Below are positions 54,396-63,403 of a DNA stretch of 64,000 nt, piece after piece. The translations under genes and the position numbers were made by a program. Origin of the DNA: Candidatus Babeliales bacterium (GTDB lineage Bacteria > Babelota > Babeliae > Babelales > UBA12411); contig JAGMEA010000030.1 of NCBI GenBank assembly GCA_023128415.1, forward strand, positions 263-64,262, in the 5' to 3' direction. Positions within the stretch are counted from its first letter, which is position 1, and every line of letters starts with the position of its first letter. The notes beneath the pieces were generated by a model. That model saw only the letters and a program-made list of their open reading frames with translations. It was not told where the DNA came from and made no database searches.

Positions 54396-55109
54396 TCAAA
54401 AAACTAGCAATAAAAGGATCGATTTAAGCAATCCAACAAGATAACTTATACCTACAAAAAAAACACCACCAAACAAGAAGAGGAACATTAATATATAAAG
54501 TGAATACTCTTCTAACTTGTGCAAGATATTATATGAAGAAGGTTTAAGTAAAGATGATAACAAAATTGAACCATCAAAAGGTGGAATCGGTAATAAATTA
54601 AAAACACCAAAAAATATTGATAGATCCACGACAGCGACAAACAAAGAAGCTATAGGATCAATAGCATGAAATGGCAACTTGCCAAATGGAAAATATTTCC
54701 TTATATACATAAATAATAATGCCAAAACACAATTTCCAATAAAGCCAGCTAAGGAAATAAGGACTAAACCCCCTTTCTTATGTTTGAAATTACTTGTATC
54801 TATTGGAACTTCATAACTCCATCTAACTCCCATAAATATAAGAGCTATCAATAATAAAGCATGAGCAAAACCTGGAAGCAACCCACCTATGATAAGCAGA
54901 ACAAAAATTATTAATAAAAGACCAAATAAATCTATGTGAGCAACTGGATTTAATGTCATAAATCCTTCATTGTAGGCGGTTCTATCACCTAAAAGCTTAG
55001 CAATAAGAGCCCTAAAAAACCCCCGGAAGGTAAGCACCAAAATTAATGATGGTAAAAAAATCGCTGCTATATTTAAGGCAGCTAATAAAGTATTATTCAT
55101 GCTTTTCAC
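54396..55109 (-). CDS. M50-family paralog with degenerate active site (HExxH replaced by RGFFR)
   Basis: 237 aa. It aligns with the downstream paralog (LTLNPLAHLDPMG vs MTLNPVAHIDLFG; NLIPLPPLDGS vs NLLPIPPFDGS), but HEFAH is RGFFR (55011-55025). Confidence 0.7.
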   Translation of the reverse strand: MKSMNNTLLAALNIAAIFLPSLILVLTFRGFFRALIAKLLGDRTAYNEGFMTLNPVAHIDLFGLLLIIFVLLIIGGLLPGFAHALLLIALIFMGVRWSYEVPIDTSNFKHKKGGLVLISLAGFIGNCVLALLFMYIRKYFPFGKLPFHAIDPIASLFVAVVDLSIFFGVFNLLPIPPFDGSILLSSLLKPSSYNILHKLEEYSLYILMFLFLFGGVFFVGISYLVGLLKSILLLLVF

Positions 55110-55189
55110 TTATAAAATAATGATTTTCACCTACATTAAATTGTAAGTAACTTTAATCATATGGTCAAACGGTAAAAGGTTATCACACA

Positions 55190-56152
55190 CTATTTTCTAT
55201 ACGCATAAATCATAATATCTTGATATTTACCGTTTGAAGGCAACCTTGAAAGGGTTCCCTCTATACCGTATCCAAATCCATTTTTTTCTAACAATGATAA
55301 AATACTCGACATAGAATCTTCATCTTCCTTTATATGATGATGATATTCTATAATCATTTTTTTTATATTTCTTAATTTATTGTTTTGGGATAATTCTTCT
55401 ATTACAGAAGTCTCTGCCCCCTCAATGTCCATCTTTAATAGATCAACTTCTTCACTAATGTAATCCGATAAGGTAACTGCTGGAACTTTAATGATATTTT
55501 TATTTGAACCCGAATCAACCAGTCTCATAGTTACACCGACTTTATCTATAGAGGCGCTTGAACTAAAATTCAAAAATCCCTTTTTATTACTTAATGCCTT
55601 ATTTTCTAAAAACACAGAACTTAAATTATTATCCGTTACATTTCTTTTAAGCAATTCAAAGGCTTTTTTATCTGGCTCAAATGCCAAGATTTTGGAGTTT
55701 GGATAAAGCAACTTAAAAAAAAGGACCGAAACCCCAATATTACTACCACAATCTATAATAAATGGATTAATTTTATTGGAGTAAAAATAATACTCCCTCT
55801 TAAAAAATATCTCTCCCACCAAAAAGGAAATAATTCCAAAATTAGGACCATGAATTTTAAATTCTAAAAATTCCCCTTCCACTTCTCTATTACTACTTAT
55901 TAAATGAGTTTTAAGTTGTAATTTAAAATAGTCCCAAATAAAACTAGTACTGCTAGGAAAGCCTTTGTGATTCTCCTTATAAACCCTGCCTTCATGTATA
56001 ATATGATTAATTGTATTGAATTTAGATAAAATTAAACGTACTCCTTCATGTACTGGAAATTGCTTACCCTTAGTAGAAAATCGTATAAAGAAAATCCCTC
56101 CTAAAATAATAAACACGCAACTAATCAAAAAAAATCTAGCTATTTTAGACAT
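55190..56152 (-). CDS. FkbM-family SAM-dependent methyltransferase with N-terminal membrane anchor
   Basis: 320 aa. The motif IIDCGSNIGVSVLFFKLLYPNSKILAFEPDKKAFELLKRNV matches the FkbM family core. N-terminal TM FFLISCVFIILGGIFFI. Confidence 0.75.
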   Translation of the reverse strand: MSKIARFFLISCVFIILGGIFFIRFSTKGKQFPVHEGVRLILSKFNTINHIIHEGRVYKENHKGFPSSTSFIWDYFKLQLKTHLISSNREVEGEFLEFKIHGPNFGIISFLVGEIFFKREYYFYSNKINPFIIDCGSNIGVSVLFFKLLYPNSKILAFEPDKKAFELLKRNVTDNNLSSVFLENKALSNKKGFLNFSSSASIDKVGVTMRLVDSGSNKNIIKVPAVTLSDYISEEVDLLKMDIEGAETSVIEELSQNNKLRNIKKMIIEYHHHIKEDEDSMSSILSLLEKNGFGYGIEGTLSRLPSNGKYQDIMIYAYRK

Positions 56153-56280
56153 AAAAAGATAAAACCTCTGTATGATAAAAATTATTACAAAAATATATAA
56201 GTATAGTTAAGGATATTTGAGATTTTTAAAAATTAAACTAAAATCATAAGAAATATGTTCTTAGTCAAAAAAGGAGAACT

Positions 56281-58770
56281 ATGGGAAATCTTACTCTTAA
56301 TGAACCTTCGTCTTTAGAAGAAGGTAACGCAAAAGGAAATAAAGGATTTGAAGAAAAAGTTCCATTTTGGCACTTTGTTGTCCCCCCATTTTTATTAACT
56401 TTTATAACTACCGTTTTTTACTATCCATCCTTAAATTATCCATTTCAGTTCGACGATATTGCAAATATAACTAAAAATTTTCAAATTCGGTTTTTAAATC
56501 CAGGATATCGCTTATTTAAAAACCGATGGCTGGGAGAATTATTAAATAGGCTCAATTATCAGATTGGCAAATTTGATCCTTTTTATTACAGATCCTGTAA
56601 CCTAATTATTCATTTATTATCCGGAATAGTTCTTTTCTATTTAATATTATCTATATGTAGAGGATTAGATAAGAAGACGTTTTTATTTAAAAACTCAGTC
56701 CTAGCATCCTTTGTTACAACAGCATTATTTTTATTGCATCCAGCTCAAACGCAAACAATTTCTTATGTAATACAAGCAAGACTAGAAGGCTTAGCTGGAT
56801 TTTTCATCATTTTGTCAGTTCTAATTTTTGTAAAATTAGCCCAATCTAATCAAACATTAACAAAAATTATACTAGCAATTTTATTAGCTATAAGTGGATT
56901 TCTTTCATGCGGCACAAAAGAAATAGCATTAATTGGACCAGTTCTGCTGATTGTAACAGATTGGTTTCTAGTTTCTCAGCAAAAATGGACCATCTTTAAA
57001 AAACATATTTGGATTCATTTAATGTTCAGCATTATAGTATTTGGAACGTTTGGCTATCACGTAAGCTTAAAATGGTATACCGATATTTTTGGCTTAAAAA
57101 TGGAAACCGCAAACAATCGAGGAAACGTCTTAACCCAAAATGCAAATGATATTATAAAACCTTATGACTATTTCATCTCTGAATTCAAAGTAATTTTGCA
57201 TTATCTTTTAATATTTTTATGGCCATTTATTTTGAGTGTAGAATACGACTGGAAACTTGCCAATGGCTTTTTTTCACCTGATGCATTTTTTCCATTCCTT
57301 ATTTTAGTAGCAATAGCAGCTTTTCTTATTAGAAACATTGTTAAAAAAGAATATCCATATTTAACATTTGGCTTAATTTGGTTTTTTATTTCTGTAGCAC
57401 CAAGATCAACAATTGTACCGTCTCCTGAATTAATCTGTGATTACAAAACTTATATACCATCTGTCGGTTGGCTATTCGCCATAGGAATAGGAATGACTTA
57501 TCTCATAAATTTATTAGCAACACAATTAAAAAATGTGAAAAATAAAATTATACAAAACTTATTCTCATCTATTTTAGTTTTATCTGCCATATCATATTTA
57601 ACTGGAATCAGTATTTTGATTTGGAAAGTAGAAGATCACTTAAAAGCACCTGCTATAACTCTATTATTCATTCCTGCTGGAATTATATACGCTTTATTTT
57701 ATGTTAATAAAAATAGACAAAAAGAATTTATATATTCTCAACGCAATTTAATAATCTTTTCACTAATGTTTTTGTTACCCATAGGTTACGGAACTCTAAA
57801 TAGAAATATTGTTTGGAGTACATCAGAAGAGTTTTGGGGTGATATTGTTAAAAAGGCTCCTTTAAAAGCAAGAGGCCACAACAACTATGGGGTAGCATTA
57901 TCAGAAAAAGGCAATTATCACGAAGCAATAAAACACTATAAGGAAGCATTAAAATTAGACACTCATTATTGTGATCCATATAGTAATTTGGCTGTTGCGT
58001 ACTCATTAACAGGCAAAACTAACCAAGCAATAGCTGCTTTAAAACAAGCACTAAGAATTTTTCCTAATTATCCAGAAGCATATAATAATCTGGGATCATT
58101 TTTATTACAAAAAAAAGATTACGATGGAGCTGAACACTGTTTTCGACTAGCAATCAGACTAAGACCTTGGTACGGAAAAGCTCATATGAATTTAGGAAGA
58201 TTATTTCTAGAAAGAAAAGAAAACGAAAAAGGCTGGGAATGCTTTGTTAATGCAACCCATGGAGATCTTGATAACGAGATGGGATTTGCCGCATTGGGTG
58301 AAGCAGCTATTAGACTAAAGAAATATAGTGAAGCAATTAAAGCTTTTGAACAAGCAGTAAAACTCTCTAAAAGCCCTTCCCCTAGGATATTTTTTAGTCT
58401 TGCAAATTCCTACTATATGGAAAAACAATACGATAAATCCTTGGGCATATACCAACACCTAACTAAAGTTGATCCACAAAATGCACATTACTTATACAAT
58501 ATGGGTGAAACATTATTAGCAATAAAAGATTATTCTGCAGCATTAAATACCTTTAAAAAAGCAAAAGATTTACCAAATGCAATACCTCAAACGTATCTAC
58601 GACTTGCAAATTGCTTAGAATTAACTGGCAATATTGATTCTGCAATAAAATATTTAAAAGTACTTAAAAATGCCGAAGCCCCTGACTGGTTTAAAGAAAC
58701 GACAGAAAAGGAGTTAGCTCGTCTTGAAAATCCTGGAAAAGCTCAATCTCAAACAACTTCTGCCTCATAG
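56281..58770 (+). CDS. TMTC-like GT-C-fold glycosyltransferase (polytopic N-terminus) fused to TPR repeats, copy 1
   Basis: 829 aa. The first-loop acidic motif YPFQFDDIANITKN precedes about 10 hydrophobic helices (..LLHPAQTQTISYVIQARLEGLAG..). The C-terminal ~330 aa are TPR repeats (NNYGVALSEKGNYHEAIKHYKEALKLD..). Confidence 0.65.
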   Translation: MGNLTLNEPSSLEEGNAKGNKGFEEKVPFWHFVVPPFLLTFITTVFYYPSLNYPFQFDDIANITKNFQIRFLNPGYRLFKNRWLGELLNRLNYQIGKFDPFYYRSCNLIIHLLSGIVLFYLILSICRGLDKKTFLFKNSVLASFVTTALFLLHPAQTQTISYVIQARLEGLAGFFIILSVLIFVKLAQSNQTLTKIILAILLAISGFLSCGTKEIALIGPVLLIVTDWFLVSQQKWTIFKKHIWIHLMFSIIVFGTFGYHVSLKWYTDIFGLKMETANNRGNVLTQNANDIIKPYDYFISEFKVILHYLLIFLWPFILSVEYDWKLANGFFSPDAFFPFLILVAIAAFLIRNIVKKEYPYLTFGLIWFFISVAPRSTIVPSPELICDYKTYIPSVGWLFAIGIGMTYLINLLATQLKNVKNKIIQNLFSSILVLSAISYLTGISILIWKVEDHLKAPAITLLFIPAGIIYALFYVNKNRQKEFIYSQRNLIIFSLMFLLPIGYGTLNRNIVWSTSEEFWGDIVKKAPLKARGHNNYGVALSEKGNYHEAIKHYKEALKLDTHYCDPYSNLAVAYSLTGKTNQAIAALKQALRIFPNYPEAYNNLGSFLLQKKDYDGAEHCFRLAIRLRPWYGKAHMNLGRLFLERKENEKGWECFVNATHGDLDNEMGFAALGEAAIRLKKYSEAIKAFEQAVKLSKSPSPRIFFSLANSYYMEKQYDKSLGIYQHLTKVDPQNAHYLYNMGETLLAIKDYSAALNTFKKAKDLPNAIPQTYLRLANCLELTGNIDSAIKYLKVLKNAEAPDWFKETTEKELARLENPGKAQSQTTSAS

Positions 58771-60931
58771 GCTAAATAAAACTTTTAAAAATATAGGAAC
58801 CTGCTTAGGGTTAGCATTATTAACATTTACAACTTACTTTAAATCACTACGGTACGATTTTGTCTTTGATGATCTCCCAACAATTACAAATAATTTTTAT
58901 ATAAAAACAAAAACTTTTTCGCAATTGTTTTTGAATCACTCAAGATGGATTAGCTGGATTCTAAACAAAGTAACTTATAAACTGTATCAACTAAATCCAT
59001 TTGGATACCGCTTGGGTGGTCTATTAATCCACATAGGCGTAGGTATTTTAATTTTCTTCTTAATATCAACAATTTTACAAACCTATCCATCAAATAGTTT
59101 TTTGAAACAAAATATATTTAAAATATCAACCTTGTCGTCAGGAATATTTTTACTGCACCCGGCAATAACACAAACAGCTACTTATGTTACACAAGCCAGA
59201 TTAGAAGGCCTGGCTGCCCTTTTTATACTTTTGACAACCCTAACTTTTATATATGCAGCAAAAACAAAAAATATTAAGTTGAAAATTCCTTTATATATAC
59301 TTTGCTACCTTTTAGTATTCCTTTCTGCTGGAACAAAGGAAATAACCATAATTCTTCCAGTTATTCTATTACTTGTTGACTACTTTTTTATTGCCAAAGG
59401 GAATTTAAGATCCTTAAAAAAAAGAATTTTGATCCATTTAGGTTTTTTCATTTTAATTGTTGGAGCATTCTTTTATCTGGGACGTAAGTCAACTTTAATC
59501 AATATTTTCAAATTAAAAACAGAAATAGCAAATAATAGAGGAAATGTTTTAACCAAAAATCCAAAGGATAAAATCTCTCCATTTATATATTTGATTTCAC
59601 AATTCAAGATCATTTTACATTATGCATTCATTTATTTTTGCCCATTAGGCCTAAGCTTTGATTATGATTGGAAGCTAGCCAAAACTTTTTGGAGTTTTGA
59701 GGTCTTGGCTCCCTTGCTAATTATACTATTAATATTAGGAGCAGCTTTATTCCTATTCTTAAAATTAAAAAATAATATTTTTAGTTTTTGTATTTTTTGG
59801 TTCTTTATAACTATGCTTCCTAGGGCAAGCATAGTACCATCAAGTGAATTTGTCTGTGATTATAAGACATATCTACCTTCTATCGGACTCATTCTCTTAA
59901 TAGGAATAGGCCTAACAAAATTCTTTAACCTATTAGAATCGAAATTTAAAAAAAATTGGTATTTATTCGCTGTCGTATTTTTACTTTTTTTAAGTTCACT
60001 AACCTATAATCGTAATCTTGTTTGGAACTCAAGAATTTCCCTCTGGGAAGATGTTATTAAAAAATACCCAAATAGAGCTCGGGCATTAAATAATTATGCT
60101 GTGGGACTTTATCAAGCAGGGAGAAAAAATGAAGCAATTAAAACTTATCTTAAAGCAATAAAAGCTGATCCTAGATATGCAGAACCGGTAGTAAATTTGG
60201 CTAATGCATACCAAAATTTAGGAAAAAGTAATGAAGCTATGGAGCTTTATAAAAAAGCATTAAATATGAATGAATTTCATCCGGAATTATTTAACAACTT
60301 GGGTTCACTTCACTTTTCCGAAAAACGCTACGGACAAGCTGAGGAGAGTTTTAAAATAGCCTTAAAACTAAATCCTTATTATGGCAATGCTCATTTTAAT
60401 TTAGGTAGAACTTATCAATTACAAAACAGAATAGAAGAAGCATCTTTAGAATATGAAAAAGCCTTAAATTGTCACCTAAAAACTCCTCAACTTTACTATG
60501 TATACGGAGAAGTTTGTTATCAGCTACAAAAATGGGATCTAGCTATTTTAAATTTTGAAATTTTGCATAAGACAATAGGCTCATTTTTACAAAGTCGTTT
60601 TATTTTAGGTAATATCTATTATATTAAAAAAAATTATAAAAAAGCCTCTGAGAATTTTGAATATGTTTATAATCAAAATCCGTCTCCTTTGATTGCTTAC
60701 AATCTAGCTCAATCTTTACGTAACATAGGCAATTTAGAAATGGCACAATCTTTTTTTGAAAAATGCAGTAAACATTATAATCAATTGCCATATGCTGCTA
60801 TTCACAACGCATCATGCCTAAAAGAGCTAGGTAAATGGGAAGAAGCCATAATAGTTTTAAAAGCTTTTGTAAAAACAACTGATAATGAAAAAATTAAAAA
60901 AGAAGCTATAAAATTATTAAATTCCATATAA
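58724..60931 (+). CDS. TMTC-like GT-C-fold glycosyltransferase fused to TPR repeats, copy 2
   Basis: 735 aa, a paralog of the upstream gene (YDFVFDDLPTITNN; LLHPAITQTATYVTQARLEGLAA). It uses a TTG start at 58724 with AAGGAG (58708-58713) 10 nt upstream, inside the 3' end of copy 1 (47-nt overlap). Confidence 0.65.
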   Translation: MKILEKLNLKQLLPHRLNKTFKNIGTCLGLALLTFTTYFKSLRYDFVFDDLPTITNNFYIKTKTFSQLFLNHSRWISWILNKVTYKLYQLNPFGYRLGGLLIHIGVGILIFFLISTILQTYPSNSFLKQNIFKISTLSSGIFLLHPAITQTATYVTQARLEGLAALFILLTTLTFIYAAKTKNIKLKIPLYILCYLLVFLSAGTKEITIILPVILLLVDYFFIAKGNLRSLKKRILIHLGFFILIVGAFFYLGRKSTLINIFKLKTEIANNRGNVLTKNPKDKISPFIYLISQFKIILHYAFIYFCPLGLSFDYDWKLAKTFWSFEVLAPLLIILLILGAALFLFLKLKNNIFSFCIFWFFITMLPRASIVPSSEFVCDYKTYLPSIGLILLIGIGLTKFFNLLESKFKKNWYLFAVVFLLFLSSLTYNRNLVWNSRISLWEDVIKKYPNRARALNNYAVGLYQAGRKNEAIKTYLKAIKADPRYAEPVVNLANAYQNLGKSNEAMELYKKALNMNEFHPELFNNLGSLHFSEKRYGQAEESFKIALKLNPYYGNAHFNLGRTYQLQNRIEEASLEYEKALNCHLKTPQLYYVYGEVCYQLQKWDLAILNFEILHKTIGSFLQSRFILGNIYYIKKNYKKASENFEYVYNQNPSPLIAYNLAQSLRNIGNLEMAQSFFEKCSKHYNQLPYAAIHNASCLKELGKWEEAIIVLKAFVKTTDNEKIKKEAIKLLNSI

Positions 60932-60940
60932 ATTAAAACA

Positions 60941-62101
60941 ATGTTAAATCATGAAAAATTAATTAGAGAATTTGAGAAACATTCCTCACTATTATTTCCT
61001 GACAATAGCGGTAAAAAAACAACTGCTAAAAAGATATGGAATGAAATAGTACAAGATCCTATGTTTTCCCAAAGAAGTGCCGTAGCCCAAAGTTCATTTT
61101 TAGTTCCAGGCTGGACCGGGAACCTAGATGACTCTTTTAAAATAAACTATGAAAATTTAAGTGAATATACTGTTTTAGCAATAGATGGATCTCAAATCTA
61201 CCCCGATCGCAATATGCCAGGCAATAGCTGCTTTTTAATAAATATTGGTGGTATTTTATTAACCTATGGAAAACAATCTTCTGTTAATTTTTTTTCAGAG
61301 CCCAAAATTTTATTACCTGAACATTTAATAAGGGAAAACATTAGTTTTTCTAAAGACTTGATAGATTTAAAAAGAGAGGAATTTGAATTAGAACAATCTT
61401 TTAAAATTGCTCTGGAAAAAGGTTTTAATAAAAAAAACATCCCCAAAGTATGTTTGATTGATGGATCATTAATTTTTTGGCAATTAGACTCTAAAACACC
61501 TGAAGTAAAAAATCTTTTTCTAAACTCATACTTAAAATATTTGAATGATTTTTATGAAAATAAAATACTTGTAGCTGGATATATCAGTTTTCCTAAAAGC
61601 AAAGAATTAGTAAATTTGATTAAGCTAGGCTTGTGTCGTTACAAAATAGCTGACTGCATAGGGTGTCACAAAGAACATGATTTTTTCCCTTGTAGAGAAG
61701 TTGATAATTTATTAGATACACAAATAACAAAATTTTTCTTAAAACCATTTCATAGAACAACAACATTTTGGAGCACTTCTAAAATAATCAAATCTTATCC
61801 AACACATTTAAAACCATATTTTTTTTACTTAGATGTAGGAGAAGAGATTGTAAGAATAGAAATTCCCGCTTGGATAGCAGAAAATCCTGATTACTTAGAA
61901 ACAATATGTAAAATATCAATAGACCAAGCTTTGAAAGGAAAAGGTTATCCTATTACCTTAGCTGAAGCACATGAATTCGCTGTTGTTAAAGGACCTGATA
62001 GAAACTTTTTTTTCAATTTAGTTTTTAAAAGTGGCATATCCCAAAATAAACGTTTATTAGTTTCTCAAAAAAGTATAAAAAAATTAGGACTTAGTGTATA
62101 A
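60941..62101 (+). CDS. NurA-domain-like nuclease (no adjacent HerA)
   Basis: 386 aa. VLAIDGSQIYPDR and CLIDGSLIFW are DGS motifs, with GYISFPKS and a C-terminal YPITLAEAHEFAVV. The layout is as I recall it for the NurA 5'-3' nuclease domain. The assignment comes from memory of the motif pattern only. Confidence 0.45.
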   Translation: MLNHEKLIREFEKHSSLLFPDNSGKKTTAKKIWNEIVQDPMFSQRSAVAQSSFLVPGWTGNLDDSFKINYENLSEYTVLAIDGSQIYPDRNMPGNSCFLINIGGILLTYGKQSSVNFFSEPKILLPEHLIRENISFSKDLIDLKREEFELEQSFKIALEKGFNKKNIPKVCLIDGSLIFWQLDSKTPEVKNLFLNSYLKYLNDFYENKILVAGYISFPKSKELVNLIKLGLCRYKIADCIGCHKEHDFFPCREVDNLLDTQITKFFLKPFHRTTTFWSTSKIIKSYPTHLKPYFFYLDVGEEIVRIEIPAWIAENPDYLETICKISIDQALKGKGYPITLAEAHEFAVVKGPDRNFFFNLVFKSGISQNKRLLVSQKSIKKLGLSV

Positions 62102-62103
62102 AA

Positions 62104-62736
62104 CTATACTTTGACGCTGCCTATCTTATATCTAAAAAACTGTACACAAAAAATAGCATAGATTAATAATGCACGAACATTACTAATTATTGTTTGAATC
62201 GGCAACCCCAAAATTAAAGCTGATGTTAACTCTAAAGATACTCCTATCGCCATTACTGAAAGAAATCCAAAGCTAATTCCATGAAAAGATTTTTCTCTAT
62301 AAATCTTAATTACCTGGGGTAGAGCATATACAAACCAGATAAATGCTGAAATCCAACCAAAAATTTCATCGACATCCAGCCGACCTCGTAAAAAAATTGG
62401 TGTAAAGATAAAAACAAAACAGAAAATAAAGAGGTAAGAATATCTTAATAGGGACGTAACCGTATTTGGATTATAATGAAAACGTTGCCACACTAAAATA
62501 GAAACCATCACTATTCCTATCGGAATCATGACCTTATAGGACAATGGAAAATCTTCAAAAAACACATAGTAAAATTGTGTCACATATCCCGCAAAATAAC
62601 CTAACAAAGTTAAATCGCTTAAGCCACTAGCCGATCTGAGTTTATAGTTAAGAAACATTTGAGGAATTAGACCAAAACAGTAAATACTGTACACTAGCCA
62701 CGTAAGTCCTGCAGCAATCATTTCTGAATTAAACAT
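62104..62736 (-). CDS. 7-TM PQ-loop repeat protein, tandem copy 3
   Basis: 210 aa. Two PQ-loop motifs: LIPQMFLNYKLRSASGLS and LPQVIKIYREKSFHGISF. Confidence 0.7.
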   Translation of the reverse strand: MFNSEMIAAGLTWLVYSIYCFGLIPQMFLNYKLRSASGLSDLTLLGYFAGYVTQFYYVFFEDFPLSYKVMIPIGIVMVSILVWQRFHYNPNTVTSLLRYSYLFIFCFVFIFTPIFLRGRLDVDEIFGWISAFIWFVYALPQVIKIYREKSFHGISFGFLSVMAIGVSLELTSALILGLPIQTIISNVRALLIYAIFCVQFFRYKIGSVKV

Positions 62737-62752
62737 CTTTTCCTCCCTTTTT

Positions 62753-63379
62753 TTAGGCTACCCTTCGATAAAATATAAATTGCAACAATAAAATAGAATT
62801 TATACAAACAGAATAGACAGCATTAAATGCAGTCTGTGTTGGAAGGTTAAGTGTAAAAACAGCCAACAATTCTAAAAGTGCCCCTCCCATCAGGGTTATT
62901 ACAAACAAAAAGCTAAAGCCTTTAACCGATTTTAATTTATATAGTCTAAAAACTTGCGGCAATTTATAAGTAGACCACATTGCAGCCCCAATCCAACCAG
63001 CAATATTTCCAACAAAAAATATGTTTTTGAATGTAATTGGCAAGCAAACAAGGGCTAGTGATATTATAGAAATGAATCCGTAGAAAACCATTTTATTTGA
63101 GCTAATACCACAATAATAAAATTTCTGGAAAAACATAAATATGATAACTACTAATCCAAGAGGAAGCATAACCTTATACCCAGAAGGAAGATCCAAACAC
63201 AAAGCATAATAGCTTTCACCTAAATAACCGACTAAGGCCCCTAAAAGCATCCAATCGCTTATTCCTGAAACACTTTTTAGTTTCTGATTAAGAAAGGCTT
63301 GAGGTAACAAAGCTCCAAAATAAATCAGGCATGTCATCCATATAAGCATATGTGCCATTAATTTGATATCAAAAAACAT
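62753..63379 (-). CDS. 7-TM PQ-loop repeat protein, tandem copy 2
   Basis: 208 aa. LLPQAFLNQKLKSVSGIS and LPQVFRLYKLKSVKGFSF. Confidence 0.7.
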   Translation of the reverse strand: MFFDIKLMAHMLIWMTCLIYFGALLPQAFLNQKLKSVSGISDWMLLGALVGYLGESYYALCLDLPSGYKVMLPLGLVVIIFMFFQKFYYCGISSNKMVFYGFISIISLALVCLPITFKNIFFVGNIAGWIGAAMWSTYKLPQVFRLYKLKSVKGFSFLFVITLMGGALLELLAVFTLNLPTQTAFNAVYSVCINSILLLQFIFYRRVA

Positions 63380-63403
63380 GAACCCTCACCCTCCCCCAAA
63401 AAA

